Shown here: positions 50,192 through 61,628 of the stretch, one piece after another
Layout: each line of letters begins with the position of its first letter
Position numbering within the stretch: position 1 is the stretch's first letter
From: Chloroflexota bacterium
GTDB taxonomy: Bacteria; Chloroflexota; UBA11872; VXNJ01
Assembly (NCBI GenBank): GCA_965261345.1
Contig: OZ253449.1
Coordinates: 1,408,001 to 1,472,000, forward strand
Length of the DNA: 64,000 bases
Direction of reading: 5' to 3'
Translations under genes and position numbers: made by a program
The notes under the pieces: generated by a model
Databases searched by the model: none
Seen by the model: only the letters and a program-made list of their open reading frames with translations
What the model was told of the DNA's origin: nothing

Positions 50192-51454
50192 GTGCTGCCG
50201 GCGGCGATCAATCTGGGCGCGGCCGCGCTGGTGGCTCCGGTCCTAAATGCGCTGTTGGCCAGATCGGCGGATCCGGAAGCGGCGATCGCCGGCTACGCGG
50301 TGGCCGCCGGGCTGGTGGCCTTAATCGCGATCCCGCAATTGCGCATCCAGCAGCTGACCCTGGTCTATTCGGGTTCGCGCTGCGCCCAGCTAAAGGTCCG
50401 CCGGTTCGTCCTCAAGCTCGCCCTGACCTGCTTTGCGCTTGCCCTGCTGGCGGCTGTGAGCCCGATTGGGACCTGGTTGCTGGTCGGCATCTACGACCTC
50501 TCCGCGGGCCCGCTGCTGCAGGCCCAGGCGGCGCTTCCGGCGTTGGCGCTCTGGGCCCCGCTGGCCTGTTTCCGCACCCACTTTTACGGGATCATGCTGA
50601 CCGCCGGCCGGGCCGGTGTGATGTGGGGCGGAATCGTTGGTTCGCTGTTGCTGACCGGGTTGCTGGCGGGGCTGCTGCTCCGGTCCGGAAACGTGGAGCC
50701 GGCCGCCGCGGCCGCGGCCGGGCATGCCCTGGCGATCGGAGTCGAATGCATTTACCTGGCCCTGGTCGACCGCCGGCGTACCCATTGGCCTGACGGGGAA
50801 ACGGTCGGGCCGCGGCAGCTCGAACTGGCCAAGTTCTTCGCGCCGCTGCTCGTGGCCGCACTGCTCCCTTCGGCGACCACCCCCATCCTGCACGCGGCGA
50901 TGGCGCGCTTTAGCGACGGGGCCACCGGAATCGCCGCCTTCACCCTGGCGCGCTCGGTCGGTCTGCTGGTCTCAGTTCCGCTCTGGGGCCTGCAACCCAC
51001 GGTGCTGTCGCTGTACAAGGCCGGCAAGAATCGGCGCGGGGTGGCCATGTTCGCCTACACGGTCGGCCTGCTGGTGCTCTTTGCCAATTTGCTGGTGGCC
51101 AACGTGGCGCCACTGACCGATCTGGTGCTGGGCCGGCTGCTGGGGGCCGGCGGAGAGCTGTTTGAACAGGCCCGGATCGCGTTTCTGCTATTTGCCTTCC
51201 TGCCGCCGCTGCTGGCGGTCGAGCAGATCTATTCGGCCGCGCTGCTGGCCCGCCGACGGGCCAATCCATTCATCTTGATCAATATGCTCCGTCTAGGCGG
51301 GTTGGCGATGTCGGTTCTGCTGGCGCTGCTGTATGCGCCGGCGGCAATCTGGGTCGGAGTGGCCGGCGAGTGTGGCGGCCTGGCCACCGAATCGGGGGCA
51401 ACCTATGTGATCGGGCGGGGATCTTACCGACAGCTTGCCGGGCGGCGGGCCTAG
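50192..51454 (+). CDS. Polytopic membrane protein, MATE/MOP-superfamily-like
   Basis: About 12 hydrophobic segments with two-fold internal similarity (AAIAGYAVA / TGIAAFTLA). Confidence 0.65.
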   Translation: MLPAAINLGAAALVAPVLNALLARSADPEAAIAGYAVAAGLVALIAIPQLRIQQLTLVYSGSRCAQLKVRRFVLKLALTCFALALLAAVSPIGTWLLVGIYDLSAGPLLQAQAALPALALWAPLACFRTHFYGIMLTAGRAGVMWGGIVGSLLLTGLLAGLLLRSGNVEPAAAAAAGHALAIGVECIYLALVDRRRTHWPDGETVGPRQLELAKFFAPLLVAALLPSATTPILHAAMARFSDGATGIAAFTLARSVGLLVSVPLWGLQPTVLSLYKAGKNRRGVAMFAYTVGLLVLFANLLVANVAPLTDLVLGRLLGAGGELFEQARIAFLLFAFLPPLLAVEQIYSAALLARRRANPFILINMLRLGGLAMSVLLALLYAPAAIWVGVAGECGGLATESGATYVIGRGSYRQLAGRRA

Positions 51455-52728
51455 ACCCCGATCTCGGCGATCGGGAGCTCGTCCTCGGTCCCGGTGGTCA
51501 CGTAGAGCGGCTTGAGATCGCGGTTGACCACTTCGTCGGTTACCACCACCCGGCGTACGTCGCGGCGCGAGGGGATCTCGAACATCGCCGGCTGGAGGAT
51601 CCTCTCCAATACCGTGCGCAAGCCGCGGGCTCCGGTGTGGCGGGTGATCGCCTGCTCGGCGATCGCCGTCAGCGCTCCGTCGGTTACCACCAACTCGACC
51701 CCGTCCATCTCGAACAGGCGCTGGTACTGGCGCAGGATCGAGTTGGCCGGCTCGGTTAGCACCCGCCGCAGTTCGTCAATGTCCAGGGTGTCCAGCGCGG
51801 CCACCACCGGCAGTCGCCCGACGAATTCGGGGATCAACCCGTAGCGCATCAGGTCATCGGGGGAGACGTGATGGAGCGGGTTCTCGCGAACCTGGCGACG
51901 CTCGGCCGAGTCGCTGGCAAAACCCAACGCGTTACCGGCCCCGGTGCGGCGCCTAACGATCGTTGACAGCCCTTCGAATGCCCCGCCGCAGATGAAGAGG
52001 ATGTCGCGCGTCTGGATCTCCAAAAATTCCTGGTGAGGATGTTTGCGCCCGCCCTGCGGCGGGACGTTGACCTGGGCCCCCTCTAAGATCTTGAGCAGCG
52101 CTTGCTGGACGCCCTCGCCGGACACGTCGCGGGTAATCGAGGGGTTTTCGGCCTTGCGCGCGATCTTGTCGATTTCGTCGATGTAAATGATTCCGGCCTG
52201 GGCGGCAGCGATATTGTGATCGGCCGATTGGATCAGCCGCAGCAGAATCGACTCGACGTCCTCGCCAACGTATCCGGCCTCCGTCAGGGCGGTGGCGTCG
52301 ACGATGCAGAACGGCATATCCAGCAGGCGAGCCAGGGTCCGGGCGATCTCGGTCTTACCGCACCCAGTGGGCCCGACCAGCAGGATGTTGGTTTTATCCA
52401 GCTCGAGCCCGTCGTCCTCGTACTGATCGGCTACCAGCTTCTTGTAGTGGTTAAAGACCGCCACCGCCACCGCCCGCTTGGCGGCTTCCTGGCCGACTAC
52501 GTGGCGGTTGAGGAAGGCGTAGATCTCCTGCGGGGTCGGCGGGGCCGATATCGTGCCGGCCATCTCGCCGGCGCCCCCGGCATCATCGGCGATCGCGTCG
52601 TTGCAGACGCCGACGCACTCGTTGCAGATGTAGACATCACCGGCCCCGGCGATGAGGCGGCGCACCTGGTCCTGGGTCTTGCCGCAGAACGAGCAGCGAA
52701 ATATCGGCGGACGATCACCTATCGGCAT
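51451..52728 (-). CDS. clpX: ATP-dependent Clp protease ATP-binding subunit
   Basis: CSFCGK..LIAG..ICNEC zinc finger, [29 protein letters not shown] and LGF loop. Confidence 0.97.
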   Translation of the reverse strand: MPIGDRPPIFRCSFCGKTQDQVRRLIAGAGDVYICNECVGVCNDAIADDAGGAGEMAGTISAPPTPQEIYAFLNRHVVGQEAAKRAVAVAVFNHYKKLVADQYEDDGLELDKTNILLVGPTGCGKTEIARTLARLLDMPFCIVDATALTEAGYVGEDVESILLRLIQSADHNIAAAQAGIIYIDEIDKIARKAENPSITRDVSGEGVQQALLKILEGAQVNVPPQGGRKHPHQEFLEIQTRDILFICGGAFEGLSTIVRRRTGAGNALGFASDSAERRQVRENPLHHVSPDDLMRYGLIPEFVGRLPVVAALDTLDIDELRRVLTEPANSILRQYQRLFEMDGVELVVTDGALTAIAEQAITRHTGARGLRTVLERILQPAMFEIPSRRDVRRVVVTDEVVNRDLKPLYVTTGTEDELPIAEIGV

Positions 52729-52771
52729 GTTGGCTCAGTATCTGGTCTTGGTGGTTTTGGGGTGAGCTGTA

Positions 52772-53368
<597 letters not shown>

Positions 53369-53451
53369 AAGGCGGTATCGGTCCCGGAATTGAAGATCGG
53401 CGGCGGGTGGTTAAGAAGTGCCGGTTGGGCAGGTGCCCGGGTACGGGCCGC

Positions 53452-54864
53452 TCAATTATCCGCCTCAGCGACCGGTGAACCCGCGGCCGCCGGGGCAACT
53501 TCCGGCTCGGGCGAACCCTTAGCGTCCGGGGCAGCTTCCCCGTCCCGCAAGGCGACCTCCTGGATGTTTATCGCGCCGAGAAGATGTTCAAGGACCCGCT
53601 CTTGGAGAAGTTGGCCGTGCAGGCTCTCGCGCCCGACCTGGTTTAGATAGTGCTGGCGCAGAGTGTCCCGTTCGCCGGCCGGATAGGGGGCGAACATCAT
53701 CTCAAGGTGCTCGTTGACCTGCTCGTTTGTGATTGTGATCTCGTGATCGCGGGAGTATTGGCTAATGACCAGCGAATTGCGCATCATGTCCGCGGCATCT
53801 TCGTGGGCCTGCTGGTGAAAACCATCCTGGTCCAGTCCGCGTTGGGCCAGGAAGGTTTCCAGCGCCAGTCCGCGGCGGGTCAGGTCGGCCACCCGGGCAT
53901 CGAGCAGGCGGTGCGCCTGGTTGGCGATCAGGCGATCGGCGATGATAAATTCCGATTTGTCGATCAGCGCCGCCAGGGCCTCGCCCTGCAGGCGCGCATC
54001 GACCTCGCGCCGACGCTGGGCAAGCATTTCCTCGCCCATCCGCTCCCGCAGTTGCTCCAGTGTTTCCACGTCGGCGATCGAACTTGCAAATTCGTCGGTC
54101 AATTCGGGCAGCGTGCTTTCGGTGATTCCGACCAGTTTCAGGTCGTAGGCGGCGGCCTTGCCGGCCAGCGTGGTGGCCGGGGAGTTAGCCGGATAGGCAA
54201 GCTCGAATTTTCCCGAATCACCGACCTTCATTCCCAGTACCTGTTCGGTAAAGCCCTCGGCAAAACCGGGGTTTTCCAGGCTGACCGCCAGTCCCTCGCG
54301 CTCCACCCGGGCCTGACCCTCAATTTCCTCGCGCAGGTCGAAGCGGCCAATGTCGCTGGCCAAAAGCCCGCGCTCGGGCTCCTCGATATCGACAATCTCG
54401 GCGCGTGAGCTGCGGATCGCCTCCAGCTGCGCAATGATCTCCAGCTCGCCGACCTCGACCGACTGGCGCTTCAGGCCGATCGTACGGGTGTCGCCCAGGT
54501 TGACGGTCGGGACCAGCGGCACCGTGCCCGAGTACACGAAGGGCCTTTTAAAGTCCAGCATTCCGTCCTCGGACTCGGGATATTCAAATTCGGGCTGATC
54601 GGCCATCTCCAGGTTCTGGTCGGCCAGGGCGCGGTCAAAGGTGCGCGGGACCAGTCGCTCAATGGCATCTAGCTTGATCGCGGCCTCTCCGAAAATTCGC
54701 TCGACCACCCGCGGCGGGGCCTTGCCCGGCCGAAAGCCGGGGATCTTGCGGCGCTGGGCGATCCGCCGGGCCGCGTTCAGGTATTCGCGCTGCAGGTCGG
54801 TTGGCGGAATTTCAATCGTGATCTTGGCGGTGCCGTCGCCGATCAGCTCGCTGGATGAGGGCAA
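53452..54864 (-). CDS. tig: Trigger factor
   Basis: IPGFRPGKAP ribosome-binding loop, FKBP-like middle domain; tig-clpP-clpX order. Confidence 0.95.
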   Translation of the reverse strand: MPSSSELIGDGTAKITIEIPPTDLQREYLNAARRIAQRRKIPGFRPGKAPPRVVERIFGEAAIKLDAIERLVPRTFDRALADQNLEMADQPEFEYPESEDGMLDFKRPFVYSGTVPLVPTVNLGDTRTIGLKRQSVEVGELEIIAQLEAIRSSRAEIVDIEEPERGLLASDIGRFDLREEIEGQARVEREGLAVSLENPGFAEGFTEQVLGMKVGDSGKFELAYPANSPATTLAGKAAAYDLKLVGITESTLPELTDEFASSIADVETLEQLRERMGEEMLAQRRREVDARLQGEALAALIDKSEFIIADRLIANQAHRLLDARVADLTRRGLALETFLAQRGLDQDGFHQQAHEDAADMMRNSLVISQYSRDHEITITNEQVNEHLEMMFAPYPAGERDTLRQHYLNQVGRESLHGQLLQERVLEHLLGAINIQEVALRDGEAAPDAKGSPEPEVAPAAAGSPVAEADN

Positions 54865-54918
54865 GGTGTCACCTTGGGGTAATCAGGGTTGGGAGGGGAT
54901 TCACAGAATCAGTTTGGG

Positions 54919-54991
54919 AGCGGAAGACGGGATTCGGACCCGCGACCTTCTCCTTGGCAAGGAGACGCTCTACCAACTGAGCTACTTCCGC
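54919..54991 (-). tRNA. tRNA-Gly(GCC)
   Basis: rc GCGGAAGTAGCTCAGTTGGTAGAGCGTCTCCTTGCCAAGGAGAAGGTCGCGGGTCCGAATCCCGTCTTCCGCT; anticodon GCC; T-loop reads TCCGAAT. Confidence 0.9.
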
Positions 54992-55225
54992 GATCTTGTG
55001 AAGATGAATCAAAGTCTACAAAAGGGTATTGGGGGCGGTTATGCGCCCTCACGCATCTTCTATCGGACGCCGGCCCGGCGAGTGCCCTGGCCGCAGCATC
55101 GGGACCCGGGTACGATTGCCACCATGCAATGACCGGGGCCCGCTGCCCAGGACACTTTGTGATCGCGCCTGAGCCCGGTTTCGAGCTAACCACCCTCGAT
55201 CGGCGGGCAAATTGACGGGGGGCGT

Positions 55226-56734
55226 ATGGGTCGCGGCCCGTTACTGGCCTACTTCGGACTGCTGCTGGGCATCGCCCTGGTCCGATCGCGCCGGATGAAC
55301 AACATGTCTGACTATGTTTTGGGCGGACGGCGGCTGGGGAGCTTTACGATCGCGCTGAGCGCCGGTTCGTCAACGACTAGCGCCTGGACGATGCTGGCGC
55401 TTCCGGAGTTGGCCTTCTCCGGCGGCTTGGTCGAGATTTGGATCCCGATCGGCGCGGTGGTCGGGATCGGGCTTAGCTGGACCCGGCTGGCCGGCCGGCT
55501 CCGGCGCTTTACGATCGCAGCTAACGACGCCCTCACGAATCCCCGAGTTCTACGCCGCGCGGTTTGGCGACCGGAGCGGCATCCGGCGGACGCTCACGTG
55601 ATTGCTCACCATCGTTTTCGTGGTCTTCTACGTCAGCTCCGGTCTAATCGGCGGGTCCAAGCTGCTGGAGACGATTTTTGGCATCGAGGCCGGGATCGGA
55701 ATCGTGCTTACCCTCCTGGCGGTAGCCTCCTATACCCCTCATCGGCGGGTTCCTGGCGGTATCGCGGACCGACGTTTTCCAGGCGCTGCTGATGCTCTTT
55801 GGCCTGTGGCTGATTACGGTCGCGCCGGCCGCCTCGGGATCGGCCAGCGCGGCCGGGCTGGCCGGTTCAAACCCGGCATTCTTTGACCCTCTAACCGGCG
55901 GCGACGGCGCACCGATCTCGATCGTATTCACTGTCTCGGTGGCCGGTTGGGGGGTCGGCGCGTTCGGCGCTCAGCGCATCCTGCAGCGTTACATGGCATT
56001 GGAGCAGAAAGCTCGGGTCGGGGTCAGCCGCAACATATCGGTCGCCTGCCTGGTCGCCGTATAAGGGCTCGCCCTGGCGGTCGGCCTGTTGGCCCGTCCG
56101 GCCCTGGCCGAAGCCGGCCTGCTGGCCGAGGTTGCCGACCCGGAACGGATCTACTTGGTCGTTTCCGCGGCCTTTTTCCATCCGACGATCGCCGGATTGC
56201 TGCTTATGGCGGTAATTGCCGCGGTCATGAGCACCGCCGACTGGCAGCTGTTGTTGGCCTCGGCGATCGCCACCGGCGACCGGCCGCCGGTGAGCGAAAT
56301 CGCCTCGTCGATGGCCGCCCGGGCGCGGGTCTGGCGGGGAAGGGCACTGCTGCTGGTTGTCGGATTGATCGGGCTGGCGCTGGCCTTCCTTCTCCCCGAT
56401 TGAATATTTGCGTTGGTCAGCTACGCCTGGGGCGGAATGGGCGCCGCGTTGGGGCCGCTCACGCTGCTGGCGCTCTACTGGCGGCGGTTCAATTTCTGGG
56501 GGGGCGCTGGCTTCTACCGTCGCTGGCACCCTGGTTGCCACGATCTGGGCGTTCGCCAGCGGCGGACCCGGCGGAATGCTAGACATCCAGCCGGCCACTC
56601 CGGGCTTTGCAATCGGCCGGCTGGTCGGCATCCTGGTCACGCTGCGCACGCCCGTGCCCGCAGGCGCGGGAGTTGCACTCTTCGACCGGGCAACCGCCAG
56701 AGAAGCGGGAGTCGGGTTGCTAACGGCGGCCTGA
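55226..56734 (+). pseudogene. putP: Sodium/proline symporter pseudogene
   Basis: DYVLGGRRLG..ALSAGSS, RLRRFT, FGAQRILQRYMA, AAVMSTAD.QLL and LVSYAWGGMGAALGP motifs, broken by several frameshifts and in-frame stops. Confidence 0.9.
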
Positions 56735-56835
56735 TCGCTCCGATTCTTTCAAATAAAACCCTGCTTGCCCGGGCGAGACGGGCCCGACCCGATCGAGCGC
56801 CAATGTCCACCGAAATTCCGATGGCGGCAGCGCGG

Positions 56836-57570
56836 CTAGAGCGGCAGCGTCCGCCCGGTTTTGCGAAGTTGTCGCCGCCGGATTCGGGCGTCGGGCATGA
56901 CCGTGGTTACCAGGTCCCAGAACCGCTTGGAGTGGTCCCTGACCGTAAGGTGGGCCAGCTCGTGGACTACGACGTAGTCAACCAGGTTTGGTTCGAGCAT
57001 CATCACCCGCCAACTAAAGCGCAGCGTACCGTTGGCGGAACAGCTCCCCCAGATCGACCGTTGGGCGCCGATGACGACGCGCCGATTTTCGCCCTGCCCC
57101 AACTCGGGCCCCCACCGCTTGACCCTGGCGCCGATCTCCCGACCGGCCTGCTGCAAGTACCATTCGGCGACCGCGCGCCGGGTTTGCCGGTCGCGCTCGG
57201 CATCCTCGAGGTGGTCGGGGATAACCACCCGGATTTCCAAGTCGCTAGGGCCTGGCGGCGGATCCGGGACGCCAGCGGCTTGAACCGATAGGGGAATGCT
57301 CCGGCCCAGGTAGGGGAGGGCCTGCCGGTCGCTAAGGTGCCGGGGCGGGGGTTGCGCGGCCGCCTGCTGCAGGTGGGAAATAATCCAGGCGGCCCGCCGC
57401 CGCACGATCGCCTCAAGTTCGCCGGCGCCGGTCCCGGCCGGGGCGGCGACCAATACCCGCCCGTTATTTATGCTGAGCTGGATCGTCTTGCGCCGACGGG
57501 CGCTGCGACGCACGCGGTAGCTGATAGTCTCCTCGCCGACCCGAATCTGGCCCCGCTCTACCTCAGCCAA
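56836..57570 (-). CDS. YgjP/DUF45 family M48-like metal-dependent hydrolase
   Basis: RSARRRKTIQL, QRSIWGSCS and DYVVVHELAHL..RDHSKRFW motifs. Confidence 0.92.
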   Translation of the reverse strand: MAEVERGQIRVGEETISYRVRRSARRRKTIQLSINNGRVLVAAPAGTGAGELEAIVRRRAAWIISHLQQAAAQPPPRHLSDRQALPYLGRSIPLSVQAAGVPDPPPGPSDLEIRVVIPDHLEDAERDRQTRRAVAEWYLQQAGREIGARVKRWGPELGQGENRRVVIGAQRSIWGSCSANGTLRFSWRVMMLEPNLVDYVVVHELAHLTVRDHSKRFWDLVTTVMPDARIRRRQLRKTGRTLPL

Positions 57571-58044
57571 GTGGCCCCCGATCGATTTGGATCAGTATCG
57601 ATCCTTAAAGCGCGAATGTGGTTTACCGAAGCGCCGGCTCTCGCCGAAAACATAAATTGCGCCCACGAATTTTTGGCGTAATTATTCAACAACGGCCGGC
57701 CGACAAATCGCGCGTGGCACCGATCTAGATTCTTTCAAAAATCCCCCATCGGCCGGGGACGAATGGCCAGGGCGCTGCCACTCAATTCCACTCGGTCCTT
57801 ATCCGGCGCGACCTCAACTTGCCGCCACGCGCCCTGCCCGGCCGGCCGAAATCGGGTCCGGGCCAGACCAGATCCTTAAAAAAATTTGCCGGGAACGGCT
57901 CGATCGACGCCGACGGCCCCATCGATCCGGATCCTTTAAGGGCCTTTGCCGGTCATGAAGTTCTCAACCCAGGGGCCAAGTGAGAAATACCGCTGCTTGA
58001 TCTGGCGCGATCAAGCCAACAAATTCGCCGCCGCCCGGTCCTAG

Positions 58045-60259
58045 AAGCCCGGCCGAAAAGCCCCTGTACAAAGGGCTAATCCGTCATCAAACATATAAAA
58101 TATCAACAGGCATCTTGCGGAGCCTTTCCATTGATAAAAACATAGCATTGCCGGGTGGTGGAGACATGCTGGGGACCCATGCCCAAAAGGGCTTCTTCCA
58201 GACCGACGGCCTGCACCTTGACTACGTAGGACGCGATACCTTCTACGGCCGCCTGGCGGGCATGCGGGGAGAGCTGTTCAAAGACGAAGATTTCGCCGAT
58301 CTCTACTGCGCCGACAACGGCCGCCCCAGCGTGGCGCCCTCGCTGCTGGCCACCGTTCTCCTGCTGCAGGCCCACGATAAGGTCTCTGACAACGAGGCCA
58401 AGCAGCGGGCCGACTACGACCTGCGCTGGAAGGTGGCGCTGGGGACCGAGCTGGAAGAACGCGCGTTCGCCAAGTCCACATTGCAGCTGTTTCGCTCGCA
58501 GCTGATCGTTCACGGCAGGGCGCGGGGGATATTTCGCCGCTCCCTGCAGCACGCCCGCAAAAAGGGCTTCTTCAAGGGCCAGAGCATGAAGCTGGCGATC
58601 GATACCACCGCCATCCTGGGCAGGGGCGCGGTGCGGGACGCCTACAACCTGATCGGGGACGGCTGCCGCCTGCTGGTCGGCGCCCTGGCCGAACAGGATG
58701 GCCAAGACCCCAAAGAGTGGGCCCGCCAACACGGCTACAACCTGCATGCCGGCAAGAGCCTGAAGGGCGCTGTCGCCATCGACTGGTCGGACCGTAAACA
58801 GCGCCGCCGGTTCCTGGGGCGGATCGTCAGAGACGCCGACTCGCTGCTGGCAAGGGCCCGCAGCGCGCTTGAATCCCCTGCTCCCGACAATAAGCGCGCC
58901 GATAAGATCCTGGCCTGCTCGCAGCTGCTGTCGCAGATCCTGCTCCAGGACGTAAAACGCGTCCCCGCGGAACCGGCAAAACCGGTTCCCGACGACCGCG
59001 ATCGGCTGCTGCTGCGACCGCGATCGGCTGCTGCTGCCGGCGGGAACCGACGCCGGCGAGGTCGATCCCGCCCCGGTGGCGGTCAGAGACAGGGGTGTCG
59101 CGGCCAGGGATTCGGCCGACGGCGCAGATGGCGAGGAAGTGGAGATCGTCCGGGGCGGACGCGACCGGATCATATCGGCGCACGATCCGCAGATGCGCCA
59201 TGGACGCAAGAGCTCGACCAACCGCTTTGCCGGCCACAAGGCCGCCATCGCCGTAGATTTGTCAACCGGCCTGGTAACCGCGGTGGACGTGATCCCGGGC
59301 AACGCCCCCGACAACTGCGGCGCCCTGGCGCTGGTGCGGGAGGCCGAAGAGAACGCCGCCGCCAAAGTCGAGATCGTCATCGGCGACTGCGCCTACGGGG
59401 CTGGCGACACCCGCAAGGACTTCGCCGACGCCGGGTACGACCTCTTCGCCAGGGCGCCGGGTAAACCAGCCAGCCGCTACTTTGTAAAGCAGGACTTTGC
59501 CATCGATCTGGAAAAGGGAACCTGCACCTGCCCGGCCGGGCAGATAACTTCCGATTACCGCCGCTCGCGCTCCCGGCGCAGCGCCAAGACACGCGCCGGC
59601 CTCTTCCACTTCGCTAAAGAGCAGTGCTCGGCCTGTCCGCTCAAGAGATCCTGCATACGCTCTGCGACCAAACCCAACCGCCGCATCAGCGTCCATCCCC
59701 AGGAACGCCTGCTGCAGCAGGCCCGCATCCGCCAGCGCAGTAAGGAAGGCTTAAAGATCGCGCGCCTTAGAACCCGCGTCGAGCACCGCCTGGCCAGGCT
59801 CTGCCAGCTGGGCGTGCGCCAGTCGCGGTTCTTTGGCAGGCAACTTGCCGGGTTCCAGCTGCTGATGGCGGCCACGGTGGCCAACCTAACGCTTGCCGAA
59901 GGGGAGTCGTGGAAAAGGAAACCCTCGGGAACCGACCCGGGCCGGGAAGCCGGGCTGACCGCGGCCGCCGCAAACGGCCGGGAGGCGGCGCAGATGGCGA
60001 TGGAGGGCAATCGGAACGGGGTCGCCGAAGGCCGGGAAGTAGCTTCTGCGCCGGTAATGGAAGGACCTGCGAATCGGGATTTGGCGCGGGGTCTTAAAAA
60101 TGCGGTTGCCGCCGGCGCGATCGTTGCATGGGCCCAGAATTCCCACGAAATATCGATCCAGAGTGTCCTAAATCGGTTTGGCGGCCTCAGGGAGGTCTTC
60201 GAGGTCATTGCTAATCTGTTTGAGCCCCGACGCGCGTTTTGGGCTTTTCGGCCTGGTTT
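58045..60259 (+). mobile_element. IS1182-like insertion sequence flanked by CTAG duplication
   Basis: IRs AAGCCCGGCCGAAAAGCCC and rc AAACCAGGCCGAAAAGCCC; CTAG at 58041-58044 and 60260-60263. Confidence 0.88.
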
Positions 60260-60263
60260 CTAG
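58166..60263 (+). pseudogene. IS1182-type DDE transposase frameshifted by a 22-bp duplication
   Basis: NGRPSVAPS, DLRWKVALG and IDTT in ORF 58115-59464; HDPQMRHGRKS, GDCAYG, CPAG, CSACPL..C and RVEHRL in ORF 59076-60263. Confidence 0.88.
58993..59036. repeat. Perfect 22-bp tandem duplication inside the transposase
   Basis: CGACCGCGATCGGCTGCTGCTG occurs at 58993-59014 and 59015-59036. Confidence 0.93.
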
Positions 60264-60364
60264 CCCCCGGACCGGATCATCTGCTCCTGCCGGTTCATCC
60301 GAGAGCGCGGCCAACGGCGGCGTAAACTGCCGCAACAACTCCAAAAACGCGGGAGAAGTGCCTG

Positions 60365-61336
60365 GTGAATGCACCTACGATCGAGATCGCCGGCCGGCTC
60401 GACGCCGAGAATCGCCGGATCTTTGACGCGATCCCGCTCGAACCCAAAGACTGGTCTGACATTCCGGCGGTGCGCGAGCGCTGGGCTAAGGAGCGGGCGG
60501 CGCTGCCCGAACCGGTCCTGCCCGAGAGCGTGTCCATCCTGGATCGGTTCGTTCCCGGCCCGGCAGGGGGCCCGAACCTGAGGTTGCGCATCTACCGACC
60601 CAAAAACCAGGACCAACCGGCGCCGGCGCTTTACTGGATCCACGGCGGCGGGATGGTGTTGGGCGAACTGGAAATGAATGATCTCTACTGCGCCGAAATC
60701 GCCGCCCGACTCGGCGCGCTGGTAGCGTCGGTCGAGTACCGGCTGGCGCCCGAACACCCCTTCCCGGCACCGCTCGAAGACTGTTTCGCGGGATTTTCCT
60801 GGTTGGCCGCGTCGGCGTCCAAACTGGGAGTCGACCCGGTCCGCATCGCGGTTGGTGGGGCCAGCGCGGGCGGGGGCCTGGCGGCGGGATTGTCGCTGGC
60901 GGCCCGCGATCGCGGCGGGCCTTCGCCCTGTTTCCAGCTGCTCGTCTACCCCATGCTTGACGACCGCAACACCACCCGCAGCAGCTATGCGATAACCGAC
61001 CCGCGCACCTGGAACCGCGAATCAAATCTGACCGGCTGGAACGCCTATCTTCAGGGAATGGCGGGCGGTGACGACGTATCGCCCTACGCGGCGCCGGCGC
61101 GGGCCGACGATCTTTCCGGGCTGCCGCCGGCTTACCTAAACGTCGGTGACCTGGATCTATTCCTAGATGAGGACGTAGCTTACGCGCGGGCGATGGCCGA
61201 TGCCGGAGTGCCGGTGGAGTTGCACATCTACCCCGGCGCGTACCACGGTTCCAACTCAATCGCACCGGACTCACAGCTCGCGATTCGCTGGGCCGCCGAC
61301 GAAATGGCAGCGCTTGCGCGGGCGCTAAAAGCCTAG
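60365..61336 (+). CDS. Alpha/beta hydrolase, HSL (family IV) esterase
   Basis: IHGGGMVLG, EYRLAPEHPFPA, GASAGG, LVYPMLDDR and YPGAYHG motifs. Confidence 0.94.
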   Translation: MNAPTIEIAGRLDAENRRIFDAIPLEPKDWSDIPAVRERWAKERAALPEPVLPESVSILDRFVPGPAGGPNLRLRIYRPKNQDQPAPALYWIHGGGMVLGELEMNDLYCAEIAARLGALVASVEYRLAPEHPFPAPLEDCFAGFSWLAASASKLGVDPVRIAVGGASAGGGLAAGLSLAARDRGGPSPCFQLLVYPMLDDRNTTRSSYAITDPRTWNRESNLTGWNAYLQGMAGGDDVSPYAAPARADDLSGLPPAYLNVGDLDLFLDEDVAYARAMADAGVPVELHIYPGAYHGSNSIAPDSQLAIRWAADEMAALARALKA

Positions 61337-61628
61337 GCGCCGCGCCCTAACCGACTTGGGCAGAGCCGCCGCGCAATGCCCGGTCGCGGGGTGGTGCCGG
61401 ACGCTGATCTGGCCTGTTTCCAAGCCGGTGGGACCGGTAGGGATTCTGCCGGGGCACGGACCGGCGAACAAACGATGATTGCAAGAGCCTTCGGACCCGA
61501 CCGCGTCAGTAGCCAAGCTTGAGCCCTGAGGCGTTGGGGAAAGCGTGAATGCTGGCTGGGATAGAGTTTTTCAAAGCCAGCCCGAGGCTTGGTGAGCTTT
61601 TCGAACTACCGAGAAGGGACGGGGCCAA

